Positions 38,645-46,969 of a stretch of 64,000 bases of DNA are shown here, in pieces. Both the position numbers and the translations under genes were made by a program. The notes beneath the pieces were generated by a model, which saw only the letters and a list, made by a program, of their open reading frames with translations, searched no databases and was not told the origin of the DNA. Source of the DNA: Chryseobacterium gleum (GTDB lineage Bacteria > Bacteroidota > Bacteroidia > Flavobacteriales_D > Crocinitomicaceae). Within the stretch, counting starts at the first letter, position 1, and every line of letters begins with the position of its first letter. The stretch is taken from positions 2,591 through 66,590 of the forward strand of contig CAMAPI010000004.1 in the NCBI GenBank assembly GCA_945860065.1, in the 5' to 3' direction.

Positions 38645-39427
38645 ATGATAGTTCCTACAATGGCCGAAAAAATGGCAAATGGCGAATCACCTGAGATTTT
38701 ATTTTGGGTTGGTTGTGCTGGAAGTTTTGATGATCGCGCCAAGAAAATCATCAAAGCAATTGTAAAAATCTTGAATAAATGTCAAGTTGATTTCGCAGTA
38801 CTTGGAACCGAGGAAAGTTGTTCAGGTGATCCGGCAAAGCGCGCTGGAAACGAGTTTACCTTTCAAATGCAGGCGATGATGAACATTGAAGTTCTCAACG
38901 CATACGAAGTAAAGAAAATAGTGACGGCTTGTCCACATTGTTTTAATACCCTGAAAAACGAATACCCAGAACTTGGTGGAAACTATGAAGTCATTCACCA
39001 TACGCAATTGATTCAAGATTTGATCAATACGGGAAAACTCGTTTTAGAAGGCGGGGAAACGTTCAAAGGAAAGAAAATTACCTTCCACGACCCATGTTAT
39101 TTGGGACGAGCGAACGATGTATACGAAGCACCTCGATTATTGATTGAGAAATTGGATGCCGAATTAGTCGAAATGAAACGTTGCAAGACCAAAGGACTCT
39201 GTTGTGGAGCTGGTGGTGCACAAATGTTCAAAGAAGCGGAGAAAGGCAACAAAGAAATCAATATAGAGCGCACAGAGGACGCCTTAGAGACAAAAGCGGA
39301 GATTATCGCGACTGGTTGTCCGTTCTGTAATACCATGATGACGGACGGCGTGAAAAACTTCGAGAAAGAAGGAAAAGTGAAAGTAATGGACGTTGCTGAA
39401 TTGATTGCGCATGCAGCAGACCTCTAA
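38645..39427 (+). CDS. (Fe-S)-binding protein with two CCG (HdrB/GlpC/LutA-like) domains
   Basis: 260 aa. First CCG domain: WVGCAG...CSGDP...CPHCFNT. Second CCG domain: HDPCYLGR...CCGAGG...GCPFCNTM. Confidence 0.8.
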   Translation: MIVPTMAEKMANGESPEILFWVGCAGSFDDRAKKIIKAIVKILNKCQVDFAVLGTEESCSGDPAKRAGNEFTFQMQAMMNIEVLNAYEVKKIVTACPHCFNTLKNEYPELGGNYEVIHHTQLIQDLINTGKLVLEGGETFKGKKITFHDPCYLGRANDVYEAPRLLIEKLDAELVEMKRCKTKGLCCGAGGAQMFKEAEKGNKEINIERTEDALETKAEIIATGCPFCNTMMTDGVKNFEKEGKVKVMDVAELIAHAADL

Positions 39428-39833
39428 TATACCAGCTCACTTTCCACAGGACGCTCGATTATGGGTGTTTGTTGGAGATCGAAAAATGTCCGAAACGGAA
39501 ATTTCATGGTTAAATGAGTCCTTGACGCACTTTGTCTCGTCGTGGCAAACACATGGAAAATCACTCGATGCTGTTGGATTCGTTTTACACGAAGCAGCTA
39601 TTGCAATTGTAGCCAACGAAAACGCTGTAAAAGCTTCCGGTTGTTCTATGGATAAAATCAATCACTTCGTGAAAGATGCCGGTGGACAATTGTCCATTGA
39701 TTTCTTTAACCGAATGAACGTGCTAAAACCGGATTCGAATGGAGACTATGAACTCGGTCGATATGAAATGGGAGCAGATAACATGATTCATTCTGCCATG
39801 CAGGAGTGGAAGGAGCTAGTAAATCTTAGTTAG
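39405..39833 (+). CDS. Conserved hypothetical protein (family I recall as often mislabelled 'ABC transporter ATPase')
   Basis: 142-aa ORF overlapping the preceding gene's end. The ARLWVFVGDRKMSETE...FVSSWQTHG...ASGCSMDK pattern recalls a small Bacteroidetes family of unknown function. No Walker motifs are present. Confidence 0.4.
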   Translation: MRMQQTSNIPAHFPQDARLWVFVGDRKMSETEISWLNESLTHFVSSWQTHGKSLDAVGFVLHEAAIAIVANENAVKASGCSMDKINHFVKDAGGQLSIDFFNRMNVLKPDSNGDYELGRYEMGADNMIHSAMQEWKELVNLS

Positions 39834-39842
39834 AATTAACCT

Positions 39843-40715
39843 TTAATACGAACTCGTTGCACCACCAATTTGTTCGATGGGATGCCACGTCGTTTTGATT
39901 TCCTGAAAACTGGATATATACCTTATTCCTTGAGCGGATTCATGTGACCAATCACTATCCATAACCAACACTCTTTTGAGGTTGTCAATCGATGAAAGCT
40001 GCGTTGATTTTACCATTTCAGTAGCAGCGTTCGAGAGGAAAATGGCGTTCACATCCATATGTTCTGCTAAGGTTGGTAACATTTCTTCTGCTGATCCTGT
40101 GAGGATATTTACAACTCCTGCCGGCAAATCTGACGTTTCCAGTACTTCCGCGAAACTGATGGAACAAAGAGGAAGTACCTCAGACGCGATTAATACAACC
40201 GTATTTCCGCCAGCAATAACAGGCATCAATTGGGAAACTAAGCCAAGTAAGCTCGTATCTTGATCCGCCACAATTCCAACCACACCTGTTGGTTCAGCCA
40301 TGGAAAAATTAAAATGTGAAGAGTTCACAGGATTGACAGAACTCAAGATTTGCTGGTACTTGTCACACCATCCGGCGTAATAAACGATTCTATCGATGCA
40401 AATTTCGATTTCATTCGTTGCCGATTCAATGCTTTGACCCTGCTGAGTTAGTTCTTCAATGAATTGCGTTTTGCGTCCTTCTAACATTTCCGCCATGCGG
40501 TACAAAATTTGTCCTCGGTTGAATGCGCTACGCTCCGACCATGTACCAAACGCTTTTCTTGCCGCTTGAACAGCATTACGGATATCCTTTTTTGACGACT
40601 GGCAAACGTTGGCAATCGGATTTCCGTTTGCGTCCTTCACCACATACGCTCGTCCTGATTCCGTTCTAGGAAATTGTCCGTCGATGTAGATTTTGTATGT
40701 TTTTAAGACGTTCAT
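39843..40715 (-). CDS. Aldehyde-dehydrogenase-family protein lacking the catalytic domain (short, 290 aa)
   Basis: The N-terminal ALDH NAD-binding region aligns with the neighbouring full ALDH (for example LPAGVVNILTG versus LPAGVVNIVTG). The ELGGKS general-base block and the catalytic Cys block are absent. An ALDH-like C-terminal strand (FQEIKTTWHPI) is retained. Confidence 0.65.
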   Translation of the reverse strand: MNVLKTYKIYIDGQFPRTESGRAYVVKDANGNPIANVCQSSKKDIRNAVQAARKAFGTWSERSAFNRGQILYRMAEMLEGRKTQFIEELTQQGQSIESATNEIEICIDRIVYYAGWCDKYQQILSSVNPVNSSHFNFSMAEPTGVVGIVADQDTSLLGLVSQLMPVIAGGNTVVLIASEVLPLCSISFAEVLETSDLPAGVVNILTGSAEEMLPTLAEHMDVNAIFLSNAATEMVKSTQLSSIDNLKRVLVMDSDWSHESAQGIRYISSFQEIKTTWHPIEQIGGATSSY

Positions 40716-40720
40716 GATAA

Positions 40721-40776
40721 TGTGCTAATGTGTTAATGTGCTAATGTGTTAATGTGCTAATGTGCCAATTTGCTAA
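40721..40776. repeat. Seven tandem 8-nt units TGTGYTAA (16-nt unit TGTGCTAATGTGTTAA x2.5, then degenerate copies)
   Basis: Read directly: TGTGCTAA TGTGTTAA TGTGCTAA TGTGTTAA TGTGCTAA TGTGCCAA TTTGCTAA. The array fills nearly the whole 69-nt spacer between the two ALDH genes. Confidence 0.95.
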
Positions 40777-40784
40777 TAATGGAA

Positions 40785-42230
40785 TTACTTCAAATATGCT
40801 TCGAGTCCGTGCAGTCCGCCTTCTCTTCCGAAACCACTTTCTTTGTAACCGCCGAACGGTGAAGCGGGATCAAATTTATTGTAGGTATTTGCCCAAATGA
40901 CTCCAGCGCGTAATTTGGAAGTCAAATTAAAAATACGCGAACCTTTGTCCGTCCATACGCCGGCCGCTAATCCATACGGTGAATTATTCGCTTTTTGAAT
41001 GACCTCATCAAGTGTTCTAAAGGTCTGAACGGTTAATACCGGTCCAAAAATCTCTTCTTGTGAAATGACGCTGGATTGTGCGACATTCGTAAAAATCGTA
41101 GGTCGGAAATAGAAACCTTTCCCAGGAATCTCACAAGCAACTTGAAACATTTCAGCTCCTTCGTTGATGCCGATTTTTACGTATTTTTCTATGGTTTCCA
41201 ATTGTACTTTTGAGTTGATGGCACCAATGTCCGTATTCTTATCTAGTGGGTTTCCTACATACAAACTTTGCATGCGTTGTTTCAATTTTCGGACGAGCTC
41301 ATCTGCAATAGATTCTTGAACATACAAGCGTGAGCCCGCACAACAGACGTGTCCTTGATTGAAGAAAATTCCATTCACAATCCCTTCTACCGCTTGATCG
41401 ATAGGCGCATCTTCCAATACAATATTCGCCGATTTTCCACCCAATTCTAAACTCACTTTTTTCGCTGTTCCCGCCACCGCTTTTTGAATCAACTTACCGA
41501 CAGCGGTTGAACCTGTGAAGGCAATTTTATCAATATCCGGATGGTTGACAATCGCCGCGCCTGTATCTCCGTGTCCAGTTACAATATTGACAACTCCTGC
41601 TGGCAATCCAGAAGCCTCAATGATCTCAGCTAATTTTAAGGCAGTCAATGATGTGCTTTCCGCCGGTTTCAATACCACGGTATTTCCTGCAGCGAGAGCC
41701 GGAGCAATTTTCCAAGCTGCCATCAACAAGGGAAAATTCCATGGAATGATTTGTCCGGCAACGCCAATCGATTGTATATTTCTATGTGGAAAAGCATCTT
41801 GCAATTTATCCGCCCATCCGGCGTAATAGAAAAAATGGTTGCATGCCAAGGGAACATCGATGTCCCGAGATTCACGAATGGGTTTCCCTCCATCAAGCGT
41901 TTCAATGACAGCTAATTCACGTGCATGCTCTTGCATCAATCGGGCAATTCTGAAGATGTACTTTGCACGTTCTGAGGGCTTCATGACAGACCAAACTTCC
42001 ACGTATGCTTTACGTGCAGCTTTTACGGCTAAGTCAACATCCGAATCTGATGCCCAAGCGATTTCCGCTAATTTCTCTTCATTCGCTGGATTGATGGAAT
42101 CAAAGTATTTATTGGAACTTGGTTTTACCCATTTTCCATCGATAAATAGCTCATATCTTTTCTTCAACTGAATGTGTGAAGTGCCTTCTAAGGAAGGAGC
42201 ATATTCCCAATTGTTCGTAGATTCTGTCAT
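40785..42230 (-). CDS. NAD(P)-dependent aldehyde dehydrogenase
   Basis: 481 aa. Has FTGSTAVGK, the general-base block LELGGKS, the catalytic Cys block QGHVCCAGSR and the C-terminal GREGGLHGLEAY. Confidence 0.92.
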   Translation of the reverse strand: MTESTNNWEYAPSLEGTSHIQLKKRYELFIDGKWVKPSSNKYFDSINPANEEKLAEIAWASDSDVDLAVKAARKAYVEVWSVMKPSERAKYIFRIARLMQEHARELAVIETLDGGKPIRESRDIDVPLACNHFFYYAGWADKLQDAFPHRNIQSIGVAGQIIPWNFPLLMAAWKIAPALAAGNTVVLKPAESTSLTALKLAEIIEASGLPAGVVNIVTGHGDTGAAIVNHPDIDKIAFTGSTAVGKLIQKAVAGTAKKVSLELGGKSANIVLEDAPIDQAVEGIVNGIFFNQGHVCCAGSRLYVQESIADELVRKLKQRMQSLYVGNPLDKNTDIGAINSKVQLETIEKYVKIGINEGAEMFQVACEIPGKGFYFRPTIFTNVAQSSVISQEEIFGPVLTVQTFRTLDEVIQKANNSPYGLAAGVWTDKGSRIFNLTSKLRAGVIWANTYNKFDPASPFGGYKESGFGREGGLHGLEAYLK

Positions 42231-42232
42231 AA

Positions 42233-43147
42233 TTAATCGATCATAAAATAATCCGCTGACTGGTATTTTCCAGTCATTTGTTTCATGTATTGCATCAATA
42301 CATCGTTCGCCAGGCTACTCGCTCCGAAGCGAAACCATTCGTTACTTAACCATGCCTCACCTAGTATCTCCTTGACCATCACTAAATTATGCAAAGCCAA
42401 TTTGGATGTGGAAATTCCACCCGCTGGTTTCATTCCCACCATTTTTCCCGTTCGGTCAAAATGATCGCGAATGGCCATTAACATCGTATACGTTACTTGC
42501 ATCGTTGCTGCCGGTTGAATTTTCCCAGTAGATGTTTTGATGAAATCGGCACCCGCATGTATGGCAATATCGCTCGCGCGACGCACCTGATCTAGTGTTG
42601 CTAACTCGCCAGTCTCCAAAATCACTTTTAAGCGTTTGGTTCCGCAAATTTCTTTGATCGCAGCAATTTCATCGAACACAAATTCATGTTCACCAGCCAA
42701 AAAATTACCACGTGAGATGACCATGTCGATTTCATCAGCACCTGAATCAATGGCAAATTGGGTGTCCATTTTTTTTACTTCGAAAGGCGCTTGTCCGGAT
42801 GGAAAAGCGGTAGAAACAGAAGCGATTTTTATGGGTGAGTCCTTTAACGCTTCTCTCGCAACGGAGACCATAATCGGATACACGCACACTGCCGCTACGG
42901 TCGGTAATCCGTCATACACATCATGAAGATGTTGTGCTTTGTAGCACATTTGCCTCACTTTATTCGGTGTGTCTTTTCCTTCTAGTGTTGTTAAATCTAT
43001 CATGGACAGCACCATGGAGAGTCCTTGCAACTTACTTGGTCCTTTGATGCTCCTTGTTTGAAATCTCGATACGCGTTCTTCCACCCCGACTTTATCAATC
43101 GTTGGGGAAAGTGGTACTTCAGAAAATAGATTTTTTTGAGCGGTCAT
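42233..43147 (-). CDS. deoC: Deoxyribose-phosphate aldolase (long, DERA-like form)
   Basis: 304 aa with a class-I aldolase TIM pattern. Has ADEIDMVI and the Schiff-base Lys block ADFIKTSTGK. Its stop lies 2 nt from the ALDH start. Confidence 0.82.
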   Translation of the reverse strand: MTAQKNLFSEVPLSPTIDKVGVEERVSRFQTRSIKGPSKLQGLSMVLSMIDLTTLEGKDTPNKVRQMCYKAQHLHDVYDGLPTVAAVCVYPIMVSVAREALKDSPIKIASVSTAFPSGQAPFEVKKMDTQFAIDSGADEIDMVISRGNFLAGEHEFVFDEIAAIKEICGTKRLKVILETGELATLDQVRRASDIAIHAGADFIKTSTGKIQPAATMQVTYTMLMAIRDHFDRTGKMVGMKPAGGISTSKLALHNLVMVKEILGEAWLSNEWFRFGASSLANDVLMQYMKQMTGKYQSADYFMID

Positions 43148-43192
43148 GTTGTATCCTTAGCTCAAAAGTAGAAAAAAGAAGGACGTAACTAA

Positions 43193-43534
43193 TTATTCTT
43201 CGTCAGAATCGTCATCTTCGTCAGCATCATCAGCCGGTTCTTCAAAATCATCGTCTTCTTCCTCCTCTGCTTCGTCATCTTTTATATCCGCTACTTCATC
43301 AAAATCATCCTCTTCGACTTCCGCAACAGGTTTCGCTTTAGGGCTTATTTTGCTCACTTTCACCAAATAGAAGACTTCATCTGTCTCCCAAATGAGTGCA
43401 TCCAAGGTTTCCCCCGTTGGCGTTTTGATGGATGTTAAATGGTTGATATACCCATCCGGATAGTCCCTGAGAATTTGTTTTTTCTGGTCAATGGATAATT
43501 TATCGTAACTGATAATAGCTCTTCTCTTCGACAT
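43193..43534 (-). CDS. Small conserved protein with extreme poly-acidic C-terminal tail
   Basis: 113 aa. Has a globular N-terminal part of about 65 aa, then VAEVEEDDFDEVADIKDDEAEEEEDDDFEEPADDADEDDDSDEE. A TAATTTTG box lies 22 nt upstream on the minus strand (43557-43564). Confidence 0.6.
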   Translation of the reverse strand: MSKRRAIISYDKLSIDQKKQILRDYPDGYINHLTSIKTPTGETLDALIWETDEVFYLVKVSKISPKAKPVAEVEEDDFDEVADIKDDEAEEEEDDDFEEPADDADEDDDSDEE

Positions 43535-43706
43535 AGTTTGGTGAATAATTATAAGGCAAAATTAAATTTTTTGTTTTTCCAAAAAACAATCTTGACGAAA
43601 ATTTTAAATATATTTTTTTAAAATCAAAATGAACTGGATATTAACCCGCTGTTATTGAATAAACAAGCTATCTTTTTTCTCGGGAAAAATAATGAGAACT
43701 TGTTCC

Positions 43707-43714
43707 TACATTTG
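43707..43714 (+). promoter_or_regulatory. Candidate -7 promoter box (TACATTTG) for radA
   Basis: Matches TAnnTTTG, 24 nt upstream of the radA ATG, inside a 204-nt AT-rich divergent intergenic region. Confidence 0.4.
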
Positions 43715-43738
43715 CACACGAATCCTTATCTTTAACTT

Positions 43739-45094
43739 ATGTCCAAAACAAAATCAGCATTTTTCTGTCAAAATTGTGGTCAAGAAGCCCCAAAATGGCT
43801 CGGAAAGTGTCCGTCTTGTCAGGAATGGAATACATTCGTTGAAGAGATTATAGAGAAAACCACGAAACATGTCGTTTCCTTTTCCAAAGAAACAAAAGCA
43901 AGTAAACCATTATTAATTCAAGATGTTGAACAAAGTGAGGAAAATCGCATTTTTTTGCAGGACTTCGAACTTAATCGCGTGATGGGTGGAGGAATTGTTT
44001 TGGGGTCAATTTCACTTTTAGGAGGAGATCCGGGAATTGGAAAGTCAACACTGTTACTTCAATTAGCCATCAAAGAACGACTGAAAGTATTGTATGTTTC
44101 TGGGGAGGAAAGTGACCAGCAGATTCGCATGCGTGCGCAACGACTCGGATTGGAGAACGATCAGTGTTATTTGTTGACTGAAACCAATCTTCAGCAAATT
44201 TTAATACAAGCGAATGAAGTTCAACCACAATTATTAGTTATTGATTCCATACAAACACTTCATACAAACACGATTGAAAGTTCACCAGGAAGTGTTGCTC
44301 AAGTTCGTGAATGCACCGCAAACCTGCTGCGTTTTGCTAAACAAACCAATATACCTGTATTTCTAATTGGACATATTACGAAAGATGGAATGATTGCTGG
44401 GCCAAAAGTTTTGGAACACATGGTGGATACGGTATTACAGTTTGAAGGTGACCGACACCATATTTATAGATTACTTCGTTCAATAAAGAATCGTTTTGGT
44501 TCGACGAATGAACTTGGGATTTATTCCATGCAAGGGCACGGACTCGTTCCTGTTGAGAATCCGTCCGAGGTACTTGTTTCAGCAAATGAAGGTTTAAGCG
44601 GCGTAGCTGTTGCCTCTATGGTAGATGGTATTCGTCCGATTTTAATTGAAGTCCAAGCGTTGGTTAGTTCTGCCGCATATGGAACACCACAGCGTTCATC
44701 AACCGGATTTGACGTCAAACGATTGAATATGTTATTGGCAGTTTTGGAGAAAAGATGTGGTTTCCGATTAGCCGCTAAAGATGTTTTTTTAAACATTGCT
44801 GGCGGCATCAAAGTGGATGATCCTGCCATTGATTTAGCCGTGGCGATGGCGATATTATCTTCCAATGCCGATTTGGCCATTCCAAAAACGGTGTCTTTTG
44901 CAGCAGAAATTGGTTTATCCGGTGAACTGAGGCCTGTAAATCGATTGGAGCAACGCTTGTCTGAATTGGAAAAGATGGGCTATGAAAAAATTATTATTTC
45001 TTCCTATTCTAAAGGAATTGAAAAGAAACACAAGCACATTCAAATTATTCCTTGTGCTAAAATTGAAGAAGTCGTTCGCGCCGTTTTCGCATAA
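43739..45094 (+). CDS. radA: DNA repair protein RadA/Sms
   Basis: 451 aa. Has the N-terminal zinc finger CQNCGQ...CPSCQEW, Walker A GGDPGIGKST, the KNRFG motif (IKNRFGSTNELG) and a Lon-like C-domain. Confidence 0.95.
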   Translation: MSKTKSAFFCQNCGQEAPKWLGKCPSCQEWNTFVEEIIEKTTKHVVSFSKETKASKPLLIQDVEQSEENRIFLQDFELNRVMGGGIVLGSISLLGGDPGIGKSTLLLQLAIKERLKVLYVSGEESDQQIRMRAQRLGLENDQCYLLTETNLQQILIQANEVQPQLLVIDSIQTLHTNTIESSPGSVAQVRECTANLLRFAKQTNIPVFLIGHITKDGMIAGPKVLEHMVDTVLQFEGDRHHIYRLLRSIKNRFGSTNELGIYSMQGHGLVPVENPSEVLVSANEGLSGVAVASMVDGIRPILIEVQALVSSAAYGTPQRSSTGFDVKRLNMLLAVLEKRCGFRLAAKDVFLNIAGGIKVDDPAIDLAVAMAILSSNADLAIPKTVSFAAEIGLSGELRPVNRLEQRLSELEKMGYEKIIISSYSKGIEKKHKHIQIIPCAKIEEVVRAVFA

Positions 45095-45105
45095 ACAATC
45101 ATACT

Positions 45106-45780
45106 ATGTCAAGATTAGTTCTCGTACCAACACCAATAGGAAATTTAGAAGACATCACCTTGCGCAGTTTGCGCTATTTAAAAGAAGCAGACTTGTTATT
45201 TGCGGAGGATACACGTGTAACGTATAAACTTTTAAAACACTATGACATTGCCAAGAAAGTACTGCCTTTTCACGCACATAATGAACACCGTTTTTTAGAA
45301 AAAAGCATAGAAATTATCGAGCAACAAAATTGTACGGTGCTTGTTTCTGATGCCGGCACTCCTGGAATATCCGATCCTGGATTTTTACTTGTTCGCGCTT
45401 GTGTAGAAAGAGGAATAGAGGTGGAATGTCTTCCCGGACCGACGGCTTTTGTTCCAGCCTTGGTTTCCAGTGGATTTCCCTGTGATAAATTTATTTTTGA
45501 AGGATTTCTTCCACATAAAAAAGGCAGACAAACAAGATTAAAATTTTTAGCACAAGAAGCCAGAACGATAGTGTTGTATGAATCCCCGCATCGCTTAGTG
45601 AAAACACTCGAGCAAATGATTGAATTCTTTGAGCCAGAACGTCAAGTTGTTGTCGCTCGTGAGCTATCAAAGATGTTTGAGACTTATCATCGCGGAAACG
45701 TTCAAGAACAGCTTGCCTATTTTAAAGCGAATCCACCAAAAGGGGAAATCGTTTTATTAATTAAAGGCTTGGAGGACTAA
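45106..45780 (+). CDS. rsmI: 16S rRNA (cytidine1402-2'-O)-methyltransferase
   Basis: 224 aa with a tetrapyrrole-methylase fold. Has LVLVPTPIGNLEDITLR and VSDAGTPGISDPG. Confidence 0.9.
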   Translation: MSRLVLVPTPIGNLEDITLRSLRYLKEADLLFAEDTRVTYKLLKHYDIAKKVLPFHAHNEHRFLEKSIEIIEQQNCTVLVSDAGTPGISDPGFLLVRACVERGIEVECLPGPTAFVPALVSSGFPCDKFIFEGFLPHKKGRQTRLKFLAQEARTIVLYESPHRLVKTLEQMIEFFEPERQVVVARELSKMFETYHRGNVQEQLAYFKANPPKGEIVLLIKGLED

Positions 45781-45809
45781 AATCGGTCAAATTCCATTAA
45801 TTTTGAAGG

Positions 45810-46928
45810 GTGCAATTTAAAAACGTCATAGGTCAAACTGAATTAAAAAAAGATTTCATTCGGGAAATCAAACATGGCAAAATTGCGCATGCACAACTTT
45901 TTATGGGGTCATTGGGCAATGGTGGACTCCCTCTTGCCTTAGCATTTATACAGTATTTGTTTTGCAAAAACCCGACTGATACAGATAGTTGCGGAATTTG
46001 TCCTTCCTGTCTGAAAGTACAGGATTTACAGCATCCGGATGTTCATTTTGTTTACCCCGTTGTTCAAGCAATTAGTAAGGTTTCAGATTCCTTTTTAGCA
46101 GATTGGCGAAAGCAAGTAAAAGAGGAGCCCTATTTCGATGGTTATACTTGGACAAAACGCATTGATTCGAAGGAGCGGAAACCAATTATTTCAACGGAAG
46201 AGAGCGTCGAAATTATTAGAAAATTAAACTTAAAATCCTACGAAGGCGGTTACAAGGTGGTGTTGATTTGGTTGCCTGAGGAAATGAATTCAACATGCTC
46301 AAATAAACTCTTAAAGATTTTAGAAGAACCACCGAAGGATACTTTGTTTTTATTGGTCTCCGAAGATCCATCCAAACTTTTAGTGACCATTCAGTCCCGA
46401 ACACAGTTTGTGCGTATCCCAAGAATTGAAAGCGATTCTTTGACTCAAGAATTAGCCTCGCGCTTTCATTTAGATCAAACGCAAGCAGCGTCAATTACTG
46501 CCTTTTCTGAAGGAAATTTCATTCAGGCATGTGATTTTCTCAGTGCTTCGGATGACAAAGGCATTTACCGTGAGCATTTCATACAGTTAATGCGTACTAC
46601 ATACAAAAAAGATGTACTAGGAATGATGCAGTGGGCAGATGGACTAGCAGCAGAAGGCAAGGAACGTCAGAAATTATTTATACAATATGCCTTGCACATG
46701 TTCCGCCAAAGTTTATTGTCCAATTACATGGGGGATGTACTGTTGCGTATTTCAACGGAAGAAGAACAATTTTTAAAAAATTTCGCCCCTTTTATCTCCG
46801 GAAATAACATCAGTGGCTTCATTGAAACATTTGACGACGCCTATTATCACATTGATCGCAATGCCAACCCGCGCATTCTTTTTACACAGATGTGTTTTCA
46901 AACCATGCGATTCATCCATCAAGCATAA
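45810..46928 (+). CDS. holB: DNA polymerase III subunit delta'
   Basis: 372 aa with a GTG start. Has an AAA+-like HAQLFMGSLGNGGLPLALAF block, the Zn module CGICPSCLKV and the SRC-like TIQSRTQ. Confidence 0.8.
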   Translation: MQFKNVIGQTELKKDFIREIKHGKIAHAQLFMGSLGNGGLPLALAFIQYLFCKNPTDTDSCGICPSCLKVQDLQHPDVHFVYPVVQAISKVSDSFLADWRKQVKEEPYFDGYTWTKRIDSKERKPIISTEESVEIIRKLNLKSYEGGYKVVLIWLPEEMNSTCSNKLLKILEEPPKDTLFLLVSEDPSKLLVTIQSRTQFVRIPRIESDSLTQELASRFHLDQTQAASITAFSEGNFIQACDFLSASDDKGIYREHFIQLMRTTYKKDVLGMMQWADGLAAEGKERQKLFIQYALHMFRQSLLSNYMGDVLLRISTEEEQFLKNFAPFISGNNISGFIETFDDAYYHIDRNANPRILFTQMCFQTMRFIHQA

Positions 46929-46969
46929 TTGGTTCATCTGAAATGATTAACTTTACCTAAAAATAAATT

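Noticed and set aside
40721-40776. Considered whether the tandem 8-mers, or the FtsH 36-mers at 9487-9594, could be a CRISPR array
   Set aside because: The repeats are directly tandem with no unique spacers. The units are far too short (8 nt) or lie in-frame within a gene (36 nt). No cas genes are in the window.
43577-43597. TTGTTTTT-CCA-AAAAACAA inverted repeat in the radA divergent intergenic region
   Set aside because: The stem is almost pure A/T within a generally AT-rich promoter region, so it is expected by chance. It has no flanking signal.
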